Shown: positions 1-14,568, counted from the first letter of the stretch. The stretch: DNA of 64,000 nucleotides from Octopus vulgaris (GCA_951406725.2 OX597816.1:152706001-152770000), one strand, 5' to 3'. The notes: generated by a model not told the origin, from the sequence alone. Translations and numbers: made by a program.

Positions 1-1446
1 TACGAACTGCTCGAAACTTACTATCTTCCCATCTTTGTTACTCATTTATATTTTATTAACCTAACTTCGAATCTGCACTTCGGAAATACTATAGAAAGTA
101 CCTTTATATAAAGTACATGTCTGCATTACCAAGAGCGGATATCTTCACTTAGCTGGGTTGTGTTGTATTCACACACGGCAGGAATATCGGGTGCAAACAC
201 CCCTGCACAGAGTCTTGATATTCAATATTCAATTGATATTATTTGGGTTCGCGGATTATACCGACATAGCAAGGTGCCTCAATTTAAGTACCTAATTCAA
301 CGATATCTTAATTATATTTCATAAATATTATATATATATGAAGATAGGTATGTAAAAATACTATATCGCTCAAAAATGTAATGGTTGGTAAATATTTGTA
401 TTTAGGACTAAGATCTGCATACCAATGTTTTTTTTTTCAAGGAAGTAAAAGCACATCTAATTATCCGGAAGTAAAAGCTTGTCTAATTATCTTAGTGCTG
501 CGGTACTAAATTGCGAAACCTAAAGAAAGTGGATTATTATTAGCTGATGTGCAAAGTTAATCTATCAGCCAACAATGTTTACACGGTGCGGCCCATTTTT
601 ACATTGAACGATTCAGATCCGTGCTAACTAGTAGCAACCAGAGACATCAGAGAGATATAAGAATTTGGGAAGGCAAATAAACTTTCCCACAGAAGAGAAT
701 CGGTAAGCAACTTTGTGTCTGAATCTACCTAACCAATACAGAGCTTTTTCCTCGCCTAGTTAGTTACCTGATAAGCCTTCCCGCACATTGTAATTAGGCA
801 TTTTGTATCTTCAGACTAACTTGGTACGAGAGCTTGGAGAAGTAGGGAGCTCCCCACACTCTGGAAAGAAGCAAAAAATAATGTGTGTGTTGACATACTC
901 TAATGGATACGTCGCTGCACTTAACAATTACTGTCCTCCTCCTCTTCTTCTTCTTCTTCTTCTTCTTCTCCTCCTCCTCCTCCTCCTCCTCCTCCTCCTC
1001 CTTCTTCTTCTTCTTCTTCTTCTTCTTCTTCTTCTTCTTCTTCTTCTTCTTCTTCTTCTATTTTACAATTTTTTAACTCCCCCACCTTCATTCTTAACAT
1101 CCTCTCTCATAGGAGGCACACACTAATCATAAAACACACACACATACACACACAGATACACACACACACACACACACACACACGTACAGACTATCCCAAG
1201 TATTTGTTTTCAAGATTTTCACAGCAATTTTCTGTGTCCAAATATGTACTTTAGCAATAGATTTATTTTTCTTGCAAGCTACCGTTCCATTATTGACACA
1301 GGAAACTTCGTCAAGACAACAACATCCAGTTGGTAAACAACAACAAACATAAGAATAACAAGGGGTAAAATCCAATAAAGTATTGGAAAACAAAGCAAAA
1401 TACAGAGACATTATTTTCTCTCTCTTGCTATATTACTTCTCTGACG

Positions 1447-1546
<100 letters not shown>

Positions 1547-1863
1547 CCAACCAATCTATCTTGATGTCAATGTATGTAACTATGCATGTATCTATCTCGC
1601 TGTTTTTGTCTGTTTATCTGTCTCTGTCTCTCTGTTTGTCTGTCTATTCATGAATCTGTTTTTCTATCAATTTGCCTACCGCCATTTACATCTTCTGTTC
1701 CTCCGTATTTATAAATACCATCAACAAACACATCTCGATTAAATTATATGTGTTTTATGAGTCTCTAGATAAATAATTACGATGAATAGCTGTACTTGAA
1801 TGTGTACATACGCTTCTCTACCATCCTCTCTCTCTGTCTCTCTCACACATTCATATGTGTATT

Positions 1864-1905
<42 letters not shown>

Positions 1906-1906
<1 letters not shown>

Positions 1907-2316
1907 CTTTACTCTCTTTTACTTGTTTCAGTCATTTGACTGCGGCCATGCTGGAGCACCGCCTTTAATCGAGCAACTCGACCCCAGAACTTATTCTTTG
2001 TAAGCCCAGTACTTATTCTATCGGTCTCTTTTGCCGAACCGCTAAGTAACGGGGACATAAACACACCAGCATCGGTTGTCAAGCGATGTTCGGGGGACAA
2101 ACACAGACACACAAACAAACACACATACATACATATATATATATATACATATATACGACAGGGTTCTTTCAGTTTCCGTCTACCAAATCCACTCACAAGG
2201 CATTGGTCGGCCCGGAGCTATAGCAGAGGACACTTGCCCAAGATGCCACGCAGTGAGACTGAACCCGGAACCATGTGGTTGGTTAGCAAGCTACTTACCA
2301 CACAGCCACTCCTGCG

Positions 2317-2318
<2 letters not shown>
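1906..2318 (-). mobile_element. tRNA-derived SINE, family B (full length)
   Basis: Minus-strand head ggcgcaggagtggctgtgtggtaag..gggttcagtc (A/B-box-like), CORE-like cttgggcaagtgtc, internal (TA/TG)n and tail gactgaaacaagtaaaagag. Many copies in the window. Confidence 0.85.
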
Positions 2319-2403
<85 letters not shown>

Positions 2404-2559
2404 CATAACAGGCACCCATTTTTCAAATTTATCTTAAATATGTAAGGATGCGCGGAACTTGTGCATCTCTTTCTTTCTTCTTGCTCCCCATCTCTCTACT
2501 CAATCTCTATTTGTCTATGTAAGTTTGTGCTATGTGCGCATGTGTGTGCATGCATATAT

Positions 2560-2895
2560 TATCTTTTATCTTTCAGTCATTAGGCTGAAGGCATAGCGGG
2601 GCATCACCTTGAAGGGTTTAAGTCGAACAAATCGATCCCACTACTGTTCTTTTTATTTTGTTTTTAAGTTACTTTCTTATTCTTCTGGTCTTTTCTCTTT
2701 TTGCTGAAACACTAAGTTTCGAAGCAAATCAAAGCCGGTTGTCAAGAGAGCAAACACAACGCACAAACACAACCCCCCCAAACACATACACTCATTTATG
2801 TATATACGACAAGTTTATTTCAGTTTCTGTCATATAAATCCGCTCACAAGGCTTTGGTCGACCCGGAGTTATAGTAGAAGACACTTACCCAAGTT
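2560..2895 (-). mobile_element. SINE family B, degenerate
   Basis: Matches the body of the 1906-2318 copy (cagtcatt..ggttgtcaag..ctcacaaggctttggtcg..gacactt). Confidence 0.7.
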
Positions 2896-3034
2896 GCTAC
2901 AGTTTAATAGTCCCAACGCACGAAACTCTTGTGTGCAGAGTCACTCTGTTACTTCAGCTAAATATTAATAAAAATATACATATACTCATATTTTGAGTTC
3001 TATTTTTCCTATTTGCATCAACATACGTGTATGC

Positions 3035-4034
3035 ATGTGTGTATATGGGAAAGAATGCTTGAATGAAAGAACTTGCAGAAGATGGCTTGCAAAATTCAGA
3101 AGTGGAGATTTCAGCTTTGAAGATGAACATCGAACAGGACGTACAGTTGAGTTTGATTATAAGCTCCTTGAGACATTACTTGAAGAAAGTCGTGCATTAT
3201 CAGTTGAAGAATTGGTAATAAAGTTTAGTTTAAACCATACAACTGTTCATCGTCATCTTCAACAACTTGGAAAATGGGTGCCTCATGAATTATCCGAAAG
3301 CAACTGCAAATCCCAAATTGACATCTGCTCTTCTCTCCATTCTTGCGAACTCATTTCACCCTATTTGGATAGACTTGTGACTGGTGACGAAGAATGGATC
3401 TTCTATCGAAATGTTAAACGTCCTAAACAGTGGCTTGGTAAAAGGGAAAAAGCTCAACCACAAGCGAGAAGGGACCTTCAAGGGAAAAAGCTTCTTCTCT
3501 CTATCTGGTGGGATTGCAAAGGAGTAATTCACTTTGAATTGTTACCACCTAATGTAACATTCAATCCTCAAGTCTACTGTCAGCAATTAGAGCGTTTGAA
3601 CCAAGCTTTGAAGGAAAAAAGACCCGCTTTAGTGAATCGAAAAGGAGTGATGTTTCATCAGGACAATGCACGACCCCACACTGCAAAGATCACATCACAG
3701 AAGATCGAAGAGCTTGGTTGGGAAAAAATTCCTCATCCACCTTATTCTCCCGACCTTGCTCCTTCAGACTACCATTTGTTCCGTAGTTTACAGAATCATT
3801 TGTGAGGACATAACTTTCGCAAGCCAGGAGGAGGTTGAAACTGACATTTCAGAGTTCTTCGCTTTGAAACCAGAAGAGTTTTACATTGATGGGATTAAAA
3901 AGCTTGTAAATAGATGGAAGGAAGTCATAGATAATCAGGGAATGTACGTTGAATATTAAATTTCAATTAAATATAACATTTGATCACTTGTTTTCTTTAT
4001 TCAAAATTTGAAAAGAACTTATTGGATGATCTGA

Positions 4035-4035
<1 letters not shown>
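3035..4035 (+). mobile_element. Mariner (Tc1/mariner, D,D34D) DNA transposon, 5'-truncated, with a frameshifted transposase
   Basis: ORF 2993-3805 contains an HTH region, WVPHEL, TGDEEW, HQDNARPH and YSPDLAPSDYHLF, with exactly 34 residues between the second and third catalytic D. The C-terminus (..GIKKLVNRWKEVIDNQGMYVEY*) continues in another frame to 3959. A right TIR-like end, gaacttattggatgatctgat, lies at ~4015-4035. Confidence 0.93.
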
Positions 4036-4076
<41 letters not shown>

Positions 4077-4149
4077 GCTTTCTCTCTCTCTCTTTCTCTC
4101 TCTCTCTATATATATATATACATACAAACATATACATACATACACACAT

Positions 4150-4208
<59 letters not shown>

Positions 4209-4434
4209 TATGTATATGTATGTGTATGTGAGTATACATATATGTATATATATACACACACACACATATATATGTATGTGCGTGTGTGTGTGTTTGTGTC
4301 TGTGTATCTATGTATGAAAGTCGCACGCATAAACATACACACACACGCACACACACCATGCATACACAGAAACATATGCATATACTTACATTTACGTGCG
4401 ACATGTGTGTATACAGACTTGAAAATATGCCTCG

Positions 4435-4467
<33 letters not shown>

Positions 4468-4792
4468 GCATACAAATATACATAGTGTAAAGATCAGGAG
4501 AACGTGTGTATGCTCTTTCCTTATATCAAGCCACAAAGAACGTGGTTTAAGCTAGCCTGAGGACTGACATCTTGACTAGTTGTGTGATGTCAAATGAAGA
4601 TTTTTGGAATACCATCACATTCATCCGGATAACTAATAGATATTTAAAATCAGTCGACTTATAGGCCTATGTTCGACATACTTTGTACATATTCGCATAT
4701 AGGCACGCGCGCACACACACACACACACTCACACACTCACATCATGCATACGTATGTGTGTATATATCCCCTCCCCCACCACACGCACATAT

Positions 4793-5170
4793 ATAGGCGC
4801 ACACGTGGCTGTAAGGTAAAAAGTTTGCTTCCCAATCACATGACTCTGGGTTCAGTTCCACTGAGTGGCAACATGTGAGTGGACATAGTTGACGGAAACT
4901 GAAAGAAACACATAAGGCGAGATGGCAGAAACGTTAGCACGCCAGGCAAAATGCTTAGCGATATTTCGTCTGCCGCTACGTTCTGAGTTCAAATTCCGCC
5001 GAGGTTGACTTTACCTTTCATTCTTTCGGGGTCAATTAAATAAGTACCAGTTACGCACTGGAGTCGATATAATCGACTTAATCCGTTTGTCTGTCCTTGT
5101 TTGTCCCCTCTGTGTAGCCCCTTGTGGGTAGTAAAGAAATAGGAAACTGAAAGAAACACGTCGTATATAT
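4793..5170 (+). mobile_element. SINE family A (4915-5141) nested in a family B SINE with an 18-bp TSD
   Basis: ggaaactgaaagaaacac at 4894-4911 and 5142-5159 flanks a complete family A copy (aaggcgagatggcagaaacgttagc..gagttcaaattcc..gtaaagaaata). Confidence 0.88.
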
Positions 5171-5934
5171 ACAAAATTTGATAAGTATCAACGCACGATA
5201 CTCTCGGACCTTGAGTTACTATGTTACTGTTGCTAAATATTAATAAAATATATACATACATATATATTATATATTTTATATAGATATCACACACACACAC
5301 ACCTGACTGTATAAACGTTTGTGTACAAAAGTTTGTCTGTGCGCATATAAATGAAATAAAATGTGATATAAAAAATAAATCAGAGCAGGAAAGAAGAGGA
5401 TGTGTATATTAAATGATATTCAAGATTAATTCTCGATTTATTAAAATCACCTCCGTTTCCAGAGACAGGACAGTTGACCATTCACTTTAGTGACAATCGG
5501 TACCAACACCAAATGAAAAGAGAAGGAGATGCAAATACCATTACTGTCTTTTAATTATAGATAGTAACAATGAGACAACTTCATCCTCAGAATTTAAGCC
5601 GAACATGACCTCAGACGTGACAAGTGTGATGATGTTTATTTCTACAGGAGCTTATTTAGTCAAATCTTTAAAAATACTAGTCTTTAGTGTGTAACGTATC
5701 ACTGACCTCCACAAACCACGCTATTCCTATTTAACTAAATATATATAAATACAACGGTTGGTATATTTAGAAAACTGCAGCTCTTGTAAACTCAGCTTGT
5801 TTTTAAAGATTGATTAAACATGAAGACTTTAGTTAGTTGATTTTCTACTAAGGCACGAGGCTAATTTCTTTAGTGAGAAAAGCAGGTAATTTAATGGTAA
5901 TTCAGTGTATAATTAGTTCATGTTGTTTATCGTT

Positions 5935-6490
5935 TGTCTTTTACTTGTTTCCGTTATTAGACTGCGGCCATAGTGGAGCACCGTCCTGAAAGATGTTTAG
6001 TTGAGTGAATCGACCCCGGTACTTATTTAAAAAAAAAAAAAGTAGAGCCCACACTAATCCATAGGTAGGAGAGGTGCAGCCAGAGGGAAAGATGTCCAAA
6101 AGAGAATCCGTAAAAGGTAGAAAGGTAGAAAGTCCAGTGGAGAAGTTCGTGGGTGATAAGAAGAGACAGGATCAACTGGGGCGATCACGTGAGCGTGTGA
6201 TATATGAGGAGAATTCACGAAAACCCCCCCCCAAAAAAACAACAAAAGACGAAGACAGGTGGTGTAGAAAACAGATGTATTAGTATAACGCTCAGGAATT
6301 GAAAAAGTCTTTTACGTTTCGAGCCTACGCTCTTCCACAGAAAGGAACACAACCTGGTACTTATTCTGTTGATCTCTTTTGTTAAACCGCTAAGTTACGA
6401 GGACGTAAACACATCAACATCGGTTGTCAAGTGATGATGGGTTGGGTTCAAACAAACACAAAGACACACACATAAATATATATATATATA

Positions 6491-6537
<47 letters not shown>

Positions 6538-6560
6538 ATGTATGTATGTATGTATGTATG

Positions 6561-6615
<55 letters not shown>

Positions 6616-6783
6616 ATGCAACAGCCTTTTTTCAGTTTCCGTCTACCAATTCCACTCACAAGGCTTTAGTCGGCCTGAGGCTATAGTAGGAGACACTTGC
6701 CCAAGGTGCCATGCACTGGAACTGAATCCGGAACCAAATGCGGTTGGGAAGCAAACTTCTTACCACACAGCCACCCCTGCACC
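5935..6783 (-). mobile_element. SINE family B interrupted by a ~300-bp insert (about 6045-6350)
   Basis: The SINE tail at 5935-6030 resumes at 6351 (cctggtacttattct); the head ends at ~6783. Confidence 0.75.
6307..6348 (-). ncRNA. Minimal hammerhead-ribozyme-like motif (variant core CUGUGGA)
   Basis: Minus strand: CUUU-CUGUGGA-A-GAGC(GUAG)GCUC-GAAAC-GU-A-AAAG, giving stem I CUUU/AAAG, a perfect stem II, palindromic ACGU stem III and a GUA site. Confidence 0.55.
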
Positions 6784-6859
6784 TAAACGTGGTTTATCAA
6801 AATGAGAAACAACACATATAGTTAAATCAATAGAGTGGTGTTTGAGCCAAACCCTGCCC

Positions 6860-6927
<68 letters not shown>

Positions 6928-6929
6928 CC

Positions 6930-7137
6930 TTTCTTATAGGCACAAGGTCTGAAATTTAGGGGAGGGGTAAGTCGATTATATCGACCCCAGTACTCAACTG
7001 GTACTTAATTTATCGACTCCGAAAGGATGAAAGACAAAGTCGACCCAGGCGGAATTTGAACGCAGAACGTAGCGACAGCGAACTACCGCTAAGCATTTCG
7101 TCCAGCGTGGTAACGATTCTCCCAGCTTACCACCTTC
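6930..7137 (-). mobile_element. SINE family A
   Basis: cgaaaggatgaaag.caaagtcgacc..ggcggaatttgaac core; flanked by (AAT)n. Confidence 0.8.
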
Positions 7138-7141
7138 AATA

Positions 7142-7174
<33 letters not shown>

Positions 7175-7195
7175 GTGATGATGGTGATGATAATG

Positions 7196-7256
<61 letters not shown>

Positions 7257-7377
7257 TGATAATAATAATAATAAATGCCCCAGACAGTGTCTCTCATGAC
7301 TTCTGACAAGACGCGACTGCTTTAAAACAGTCCTTCCCGCAAAGTAAATTAAATAAAATTTGGGAGTTTTTGCGGAA

Positions 7378-7717
7378 GGTTAAAGTGGTAACAAAAACAG
7401 AACAGTGAGAACAAAACAGTAAAAACAAACTGTGAGGGTTGTTAAGCCATAACGAGGTAAAGTGGTGAACGCTGGAGAAAGGATTTAAGACAGGAGACAG
7501 GTAAAAAAAAAGTATATCTTATCTCTTGTAATGCAAGAGGAAGAAAGAACGATAGCCGCTGGTCACGTGTGAACAACGAGAAAGTCAAGGACGAAGAGTG
7601 AGAGAGAAAGAGGGAGAGAAAGAGAACGGTGAAAGGGAGGAGATGAAAAACAGAAAGAAAGAACGTTTGTTTTTACTGTTTTGTTCTTACTGTCCTGTTT
7701 TTGTTACCATTTTAACC
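7378..7717. repeat. Inverted repeat, 53-bp arms (7378-7430 / 7665-7717)
   Basis: 3 mismatches between arms; ~235-bp purine-rich spacer. Confidence 0.9.
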
Positions 7718-7810
7718 CATATCAATACTATTTAACTGTATAAATTTTGATCAGTATCGTATCGAAATGTGGAGTTCAGATGATGCTCCTATTCCTTTTT
7801 GTACTTGTCC

Positions 7811-7841
<31 letters not shown>

Positions 7842-8287
7842 TTTATTTATTTATTTATTTATCTATTTAATTATTTATTTATTCATTCATTTATTTATTC
7901 ATTGACGTCACTAATGGCATAGATTAAGAGACAACCCTTGTCATTTATAAATTGAAGGTCCTCTATTTGCGGCGGAAACTGCTTATGTCATTAACTTGGA
8001 TTTTAATCCCTTGGCATCCAAATTTACTTGGAATATGTAAGTTTTTAAGATTTTTTCTACCTTTTACCTCTTTTTCTTTTTTTGTTTTTCGTCGCAAAAC
8101 AATGCTATCAAGGGTCAAAATTCGTTAAAGAGAATTTATTAGAACTGACAAAATTACTTCTACAATGCGATGTCAGTTTTCAGGTTTCTGAAGTTATATG
8201 CTTCCGAGGTCAGCTATGTCAATAAATGCCAGCAAAGTACTGCGATCGATGTAATCAACTTCTCCCCTCCCACTGAAGTTTTGACCC

Positions 8288-9172
<885 letters not shown>

Positions 9173-9223
9173 AGCAATAACGATAATATATTTTTCTATA
9201 TGTCTGTACTTATGTATATATAT

Positions 9224-9300
<77 letters not shown>

Positions 9301-9440
9301 CACACATACACATAGATATATAGTAATTTACAGCCTTCGGTTTTGTTTAAACATTTATGAATGTATGTATATATGTATGTATATATATATATATATATAT
9401 ATAAGGCACAAAAAGAAAATGACTCTCCCCAAACACAACA

Positions 9441-9521
<81 letters not shown>

Positions 9522-9539
9522 CATACACACACACATATA

Positions 9540-9599
<60 letters not shown>

Positions 9600-10108
9600 T
9601 ATATATACACATATATATATATACATATATATGCATGTATGTATGTATGTATGTATTTATGTATGTGTGTGTGTGTATGTGTATATGTATATATGCTCCT
9701 ATATGCGTGTGAGAATGTGTCCCTGCTTGTGAAAAATTAAATGAATAAAAATGCATGTCAAAGTACATAGTTGAAATTTATTAGAAAAAAACCCCAAACT
9801 AATATAATTCAGTAATGGCTGCCTGTTTCTTGAAAATGTTATACCATCCTACTGTATCTTATCGTATATAAATATTCATCTCTTATTGGTTTAACGTTAG
9901 AAGATTGCAGTAGGAGGCGTGGTAAAAAGCTGATCAAGGGAGGTAACTTAATATTTTCAGTGGCAAATAAGCTTTCTTGTCGGTCTCAAACTGTGTCGAG
10001 TGTGTTATGCGTGTATGTTTGTGCGTGTGCGACAGATTTGTCTCAAAAATACAGACACAGATATATACACTGAATAAAAAATAGAAATGGAGAGAGAGAT
10101 AGAGAGAA

Positions 10109-10161
<53 letters not shown>

Positions 10162-10321
10162 CATGTATACAGATAGAGTTGGTAGATAGGTATGTAGATA
10201 GATGGCTAAGTAAATATACAGATGAATAAATAGGTAAATTGATGGATAGATAAATACATAGATAAATAGATAGATTGATAAATAGACAGATAGATAGATA
10301 AATAGATAGGTAAATAGATAG

Positions 10322-10362
<41 letters not shown>

Positions 10363-10412
10363 CACACACATATATACATATATATATATAAATAGATAGA
10401 TAGATAAGTAGG

Positions 10413-10480
<68 letters not shown>

Positions 10481-10764
10481 CTGATTGATAGATAGGTAAG
10501 ATGAAAGAATCGCAAAGAAATAGGAAATATGAACATGTATCAGAGTACAACGTAAGGTACAGCAAAAAAGCATAACCCATACACACGTACATAAGCAAAC
10601 ATACATATAAACACGTATACAGCACAGTCACTACAACTACTAAGTGGGGGTGTTTATGCGGCCGTTCGAACTGTTATGAATAGCAGCTAAATCAGTGTAG
10701 AATCGTATCGACTGCCTTTCTAAAAAGAAAAAAAAAAAACAACAAAAAGTGCACATATTATAAG

Positions 10765-10992
10765 TGCGGGAATGGCTGTGTGGTTAAGAAGCTCACTTCG
10801 CAACCGCATGGCTTCCGGTTCAATCCCATTGCACGGTACTTTAGTGTCAACTACTATAGCTCCTAGCCCACCAATGCCTTGTGAGTGAATTTGGTAGACG
10901 GAAACTGTGTGGAAGCTCACCGTACACTCACACACGCGCGCGTGCATGTATATATATATAACACATATATGTATATATGTATGTGTGTTTCT

Positions 10993-11033
<41 letters not shown>

Positions 11034-11265
11034 CGTATGTGTGTGCGTGTGTGTGCACCTTAGTGACTGTATTTATCCACCTTCAGTGCTTGGAATCCGG
11101 TGTTGGTTTGTTTATATCACCGTAACTAGCGAAAGAGAATCGATAGAACAAGCATCAGTCTTAAAAATAAGTACTGCATGCAGGGCGATTTGTCTGACTA
11201 AAATGCTTCAGTGTGGTGCCCCAGTATGGCCGCAGTCCAATGAGTGAAACAAGTAAATGATAAAA
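10765..11265 (+). mobile_element. SINE family B with expanded internal (TG)n
   Basis: Head atggctgtgtggttaagaagc, ttggtagacggaaactg and tail tgagtgaaacaagtaaa. Confidence 0.78.
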
Positions 11266-11469
11266 CATTGGAAAATGGAGTGGCAGATATAAACAAAGAG
11301 GATGGTCAAGTATGAAACAGCTGACAACACGGAGCTGCTTAATCAGGATTAAACCTGAATGTTAAAGAATAACTATAACAACACTAACAATAACAACAAC
11401 AGGAACGACGACAAACATAACAGGATAGATAGTAAAAAAATTGAGTGAGGGAAAGGGTAAGAGCAGAAT

Positions 11470-12050
11470 TCTTTTCTACTCTAGGCATAAGGCTCGAAAT
11501 TTTGGGGGAGCGGGCTAGCCGATTAGATCGACCCAGTACGCAACTGGTACTTAATTTATCGACCCCGAAATAATGAAAGGCAAAGTCGACCTCGGCGGAA
11601 TTTGAACTCAGAATGTAAAGTCAGACGAAATGCCTATTTGTTTACTGCCCACAAGGGACTACACACAGAGAGGACAAACAAGGATAGACAAACGGATTAA
11701 GTCGATTATATCGACCCCAGTGCGTAACTGATACTTATTTAATCGACCCCGAAAAGATGAAAGGCAAAGTCGACCTCGGCGGAATTTGAACTCAGAACTT
11801 AGCGGCAGACGAAATACCTATTTCTTTACTACCCACAAGGGGCTAAACACAGAGGGGACAAATAAGGACAGACAAACGGATTAAGTCGATTACATCGACC
11901 CCAGCGCATAACTGGTACTTAATTTATCGACCCCGAAATGATGAAAGGCAAAGTCGACCTCGGCGGAATTTGAACCCAGAACGTAGCGCAGACGAAATAC
12001 CACTAAGCATTTCACCTGGCGTGCTAACGCTTCTGCCAGCTCGCCGCCTT
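11470..12050 (-). mobile_element. Head-to-tail trimer of SINE family A (~183-bp period, single head)
   Basis: The unit atcgaccccagt..cgaccccgaaa.gatgaaaggcaaagtcgacctcggcggaatttgaac..gacgaaat occurs three times (~11520, 11700, 11885); only the rightmost copy carries the tRNA-like head. Confidence 0.85.
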
Positions 12051-12954
12051 TCTATGGAGGCATTGTTGCTACCTGTGGTCGCAAGCACCGGGTCAGCCTT
12101 AAGCGAGCAGACCCTGATCAAACCTCTTATCATTGAGCATTTTTGCTATATGTTAAGGAACTACATGCTCCAACGTGTTCTGTTTTAAAGCGGTAATATA
12201 TGATTTAAGGGAGGTTTGGCTGCTATTTCTTGGTCTTATAATTTGGTCCGGTGTTACAAAAATATTTATTCAGAACTTTTATTCATAACATCAGTCATGA
12301 ATATTCATCAGTTTGTGTGTATGTGTGTGCGCGCGCACGTGTGTGCGTGTGCGTGGGTACATTTGTACGCATGTACGTGTATGTGTGTACGTGTGTGTGT
12401 GTGCGCGTGTACGTGTGTACGTGCGTACTTTTATGTATTTTTACATGTTTAGATGTATATGCGTGCGTATATGTGTGTGTGATGTGTGTGTGTGTGTCTG
12501 CGTGTGTGTGTCTGTGTGTGTGTGTATACGTGTGTACGTATGTAACATGTGTATACTTTTCTGTACATTTATGTTTAGATGTATGTATATGCGCGTTGCG
12601 CGTGCGTGTGCGTGTGTGTAATAATTGCAGCTGGAGATTTCGTTTTAAACGGAAGGAACTACATTTAAAGAATGGTACTCACGTATTCAATACATAATAA
12701 GAGGGAGTATTAATTTATTTATCATAAGTGAATCATACAGAACTGCTACTGTTGATTACCTGAGTAATTAATTTATCAATGCCCCACTCTCCCCGCCCAC
12801 CTGCAAAAAACTCTCCAGGAATGCGACTTAATCATCATTAAGTACATACAGATGCACATGTGTGTGTGTATTTATATATGCGAATTTATGTATGTGTGTG
12901 CGTGTGCATATATATATATATATATACATGCATATATATATATACATATTTATA

Positions 12955-12995
<41 letters not shown>

Positions 12996-13108
12996 GTATA
13001 CACATACACACACATATATATATATACATACATAACTACATACACGCATACATACATACATACATACATACATACCTACATACACGCATACATACATACA
13101 TACATACA

Positions 13109-13142
<34 letters not shown>

Positions 13143-13248
13143 CATACATATATATATATGCATATATAAATGTGTATATGTAAGTATGTACACGCGCACA
13201 CACACACACATATATATATATATATACATATATCTATGTATGTTTAAA

Positions 13249-13290
<42 letters not shown>

Positions 13291-13415
13291 AATATAAATA
13301 AGTATAGGCCCTATGGTCGTAACTTCAACCGTGCTTTTTCTGTTGTGAGTTTGCTACCCAGGTATCGGTTATCTTTCGAATTATCCGTAATAAGATAATT
13401 CATTTGTCTACTTAA

Positions 13416-13458
<43 letters not shown>

Positions 13459-13489
13459 GAATATGTTTATATACATATGTATGTATAGT

Positions 13490-13527
<38 letters not shown>

Positions 13528-13541
13528 TACATACACATATG

Positions 13542-13581
<40 letters not shown>

Positions 13582-14113
13582 CATACATACATACATACAT
13601 ACACACACATATACATCTATATATATATATATATATATGCATATATAAATGAATATATATATATGTGTGTGTGTGTGTATATATATATATACACATACGC
13701 ATACACTCACCTACAATTACACACACATACATATGTGGCAAACTGAAGCAGTACACAAGCATCTAGATTGGCATATATATATAAATACACATAATAAATT
13801 GAGCATACAAATTACACCAACCCCTGTTTCTCTTAGCCTCTCTCTTCTTCCTGTCTCTCTTCAACCTCTCTCTCTCTCTCTCCCTCCCTCTTCTCCCCCG
13901 TTTCTCGCCGTTTCTTGCTCACACGCATTTGCATGTTCCACTAAACAATTAGCTAATGGGAGGAACAAGTGCTAAGTAGTGGACATGATGACGCAAAGAC
14001 TTTTCTCTCTCATATCCTCCTGTTTTATTCTCTCGGTTTCTTTCATATTTTTTTTTTATTCTTCTCTATTCATGTCTTTCTTTTCCTACTTTTGCATCCC
14101 TCTCCCGATACAC

Positions 14114-14194
<81 letters not shown>

Positions 14195-14568
14195 TACACA
14201 AGCACAGACACACAATCACACTATATATATGTGTGTATGTGTGTATATATATATATACACACACACATACACACATACACACATATGCACACACGCGCGC
14301 ACACACATATACGTATATAGAAATATACATATATACACACATACCCAAAGGGGCACTGGCACACACACAAACACAGACAGACAGAGACACGCACGCACAC
14401 GCACACACACACACACACACAAACCTTACAAATGTCGAAATGCGTGAATACCTTCGCATTTGTACAAGTGTAAGGTATCGATTTATGTCAGATAAATTAT
14501 ATTCTACTTTCCTTATATTAAATCCATTTTTGAGTTTTCAGAAAGCCGTAAACGAATATTATATACAT

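Noticed and set aside
441-814. Plus-strand promoter and intron (duplicated GGAAGTAAAAGC..CTAATTATC, CG|GTAAGC at 702, TCTTCAG at 814)
   Set aside because: All upstream frames are closed and the downstream ORF runs into (CTT)n; the motifs are compatible with chance.
1180-1411. Cys-rich minus-strand ORF (CCCLPTGCCCLDEVSC)
   Set aside because: The cysteines come from TGT/TTG low-complexity runs; no splice signals or recognisable family.
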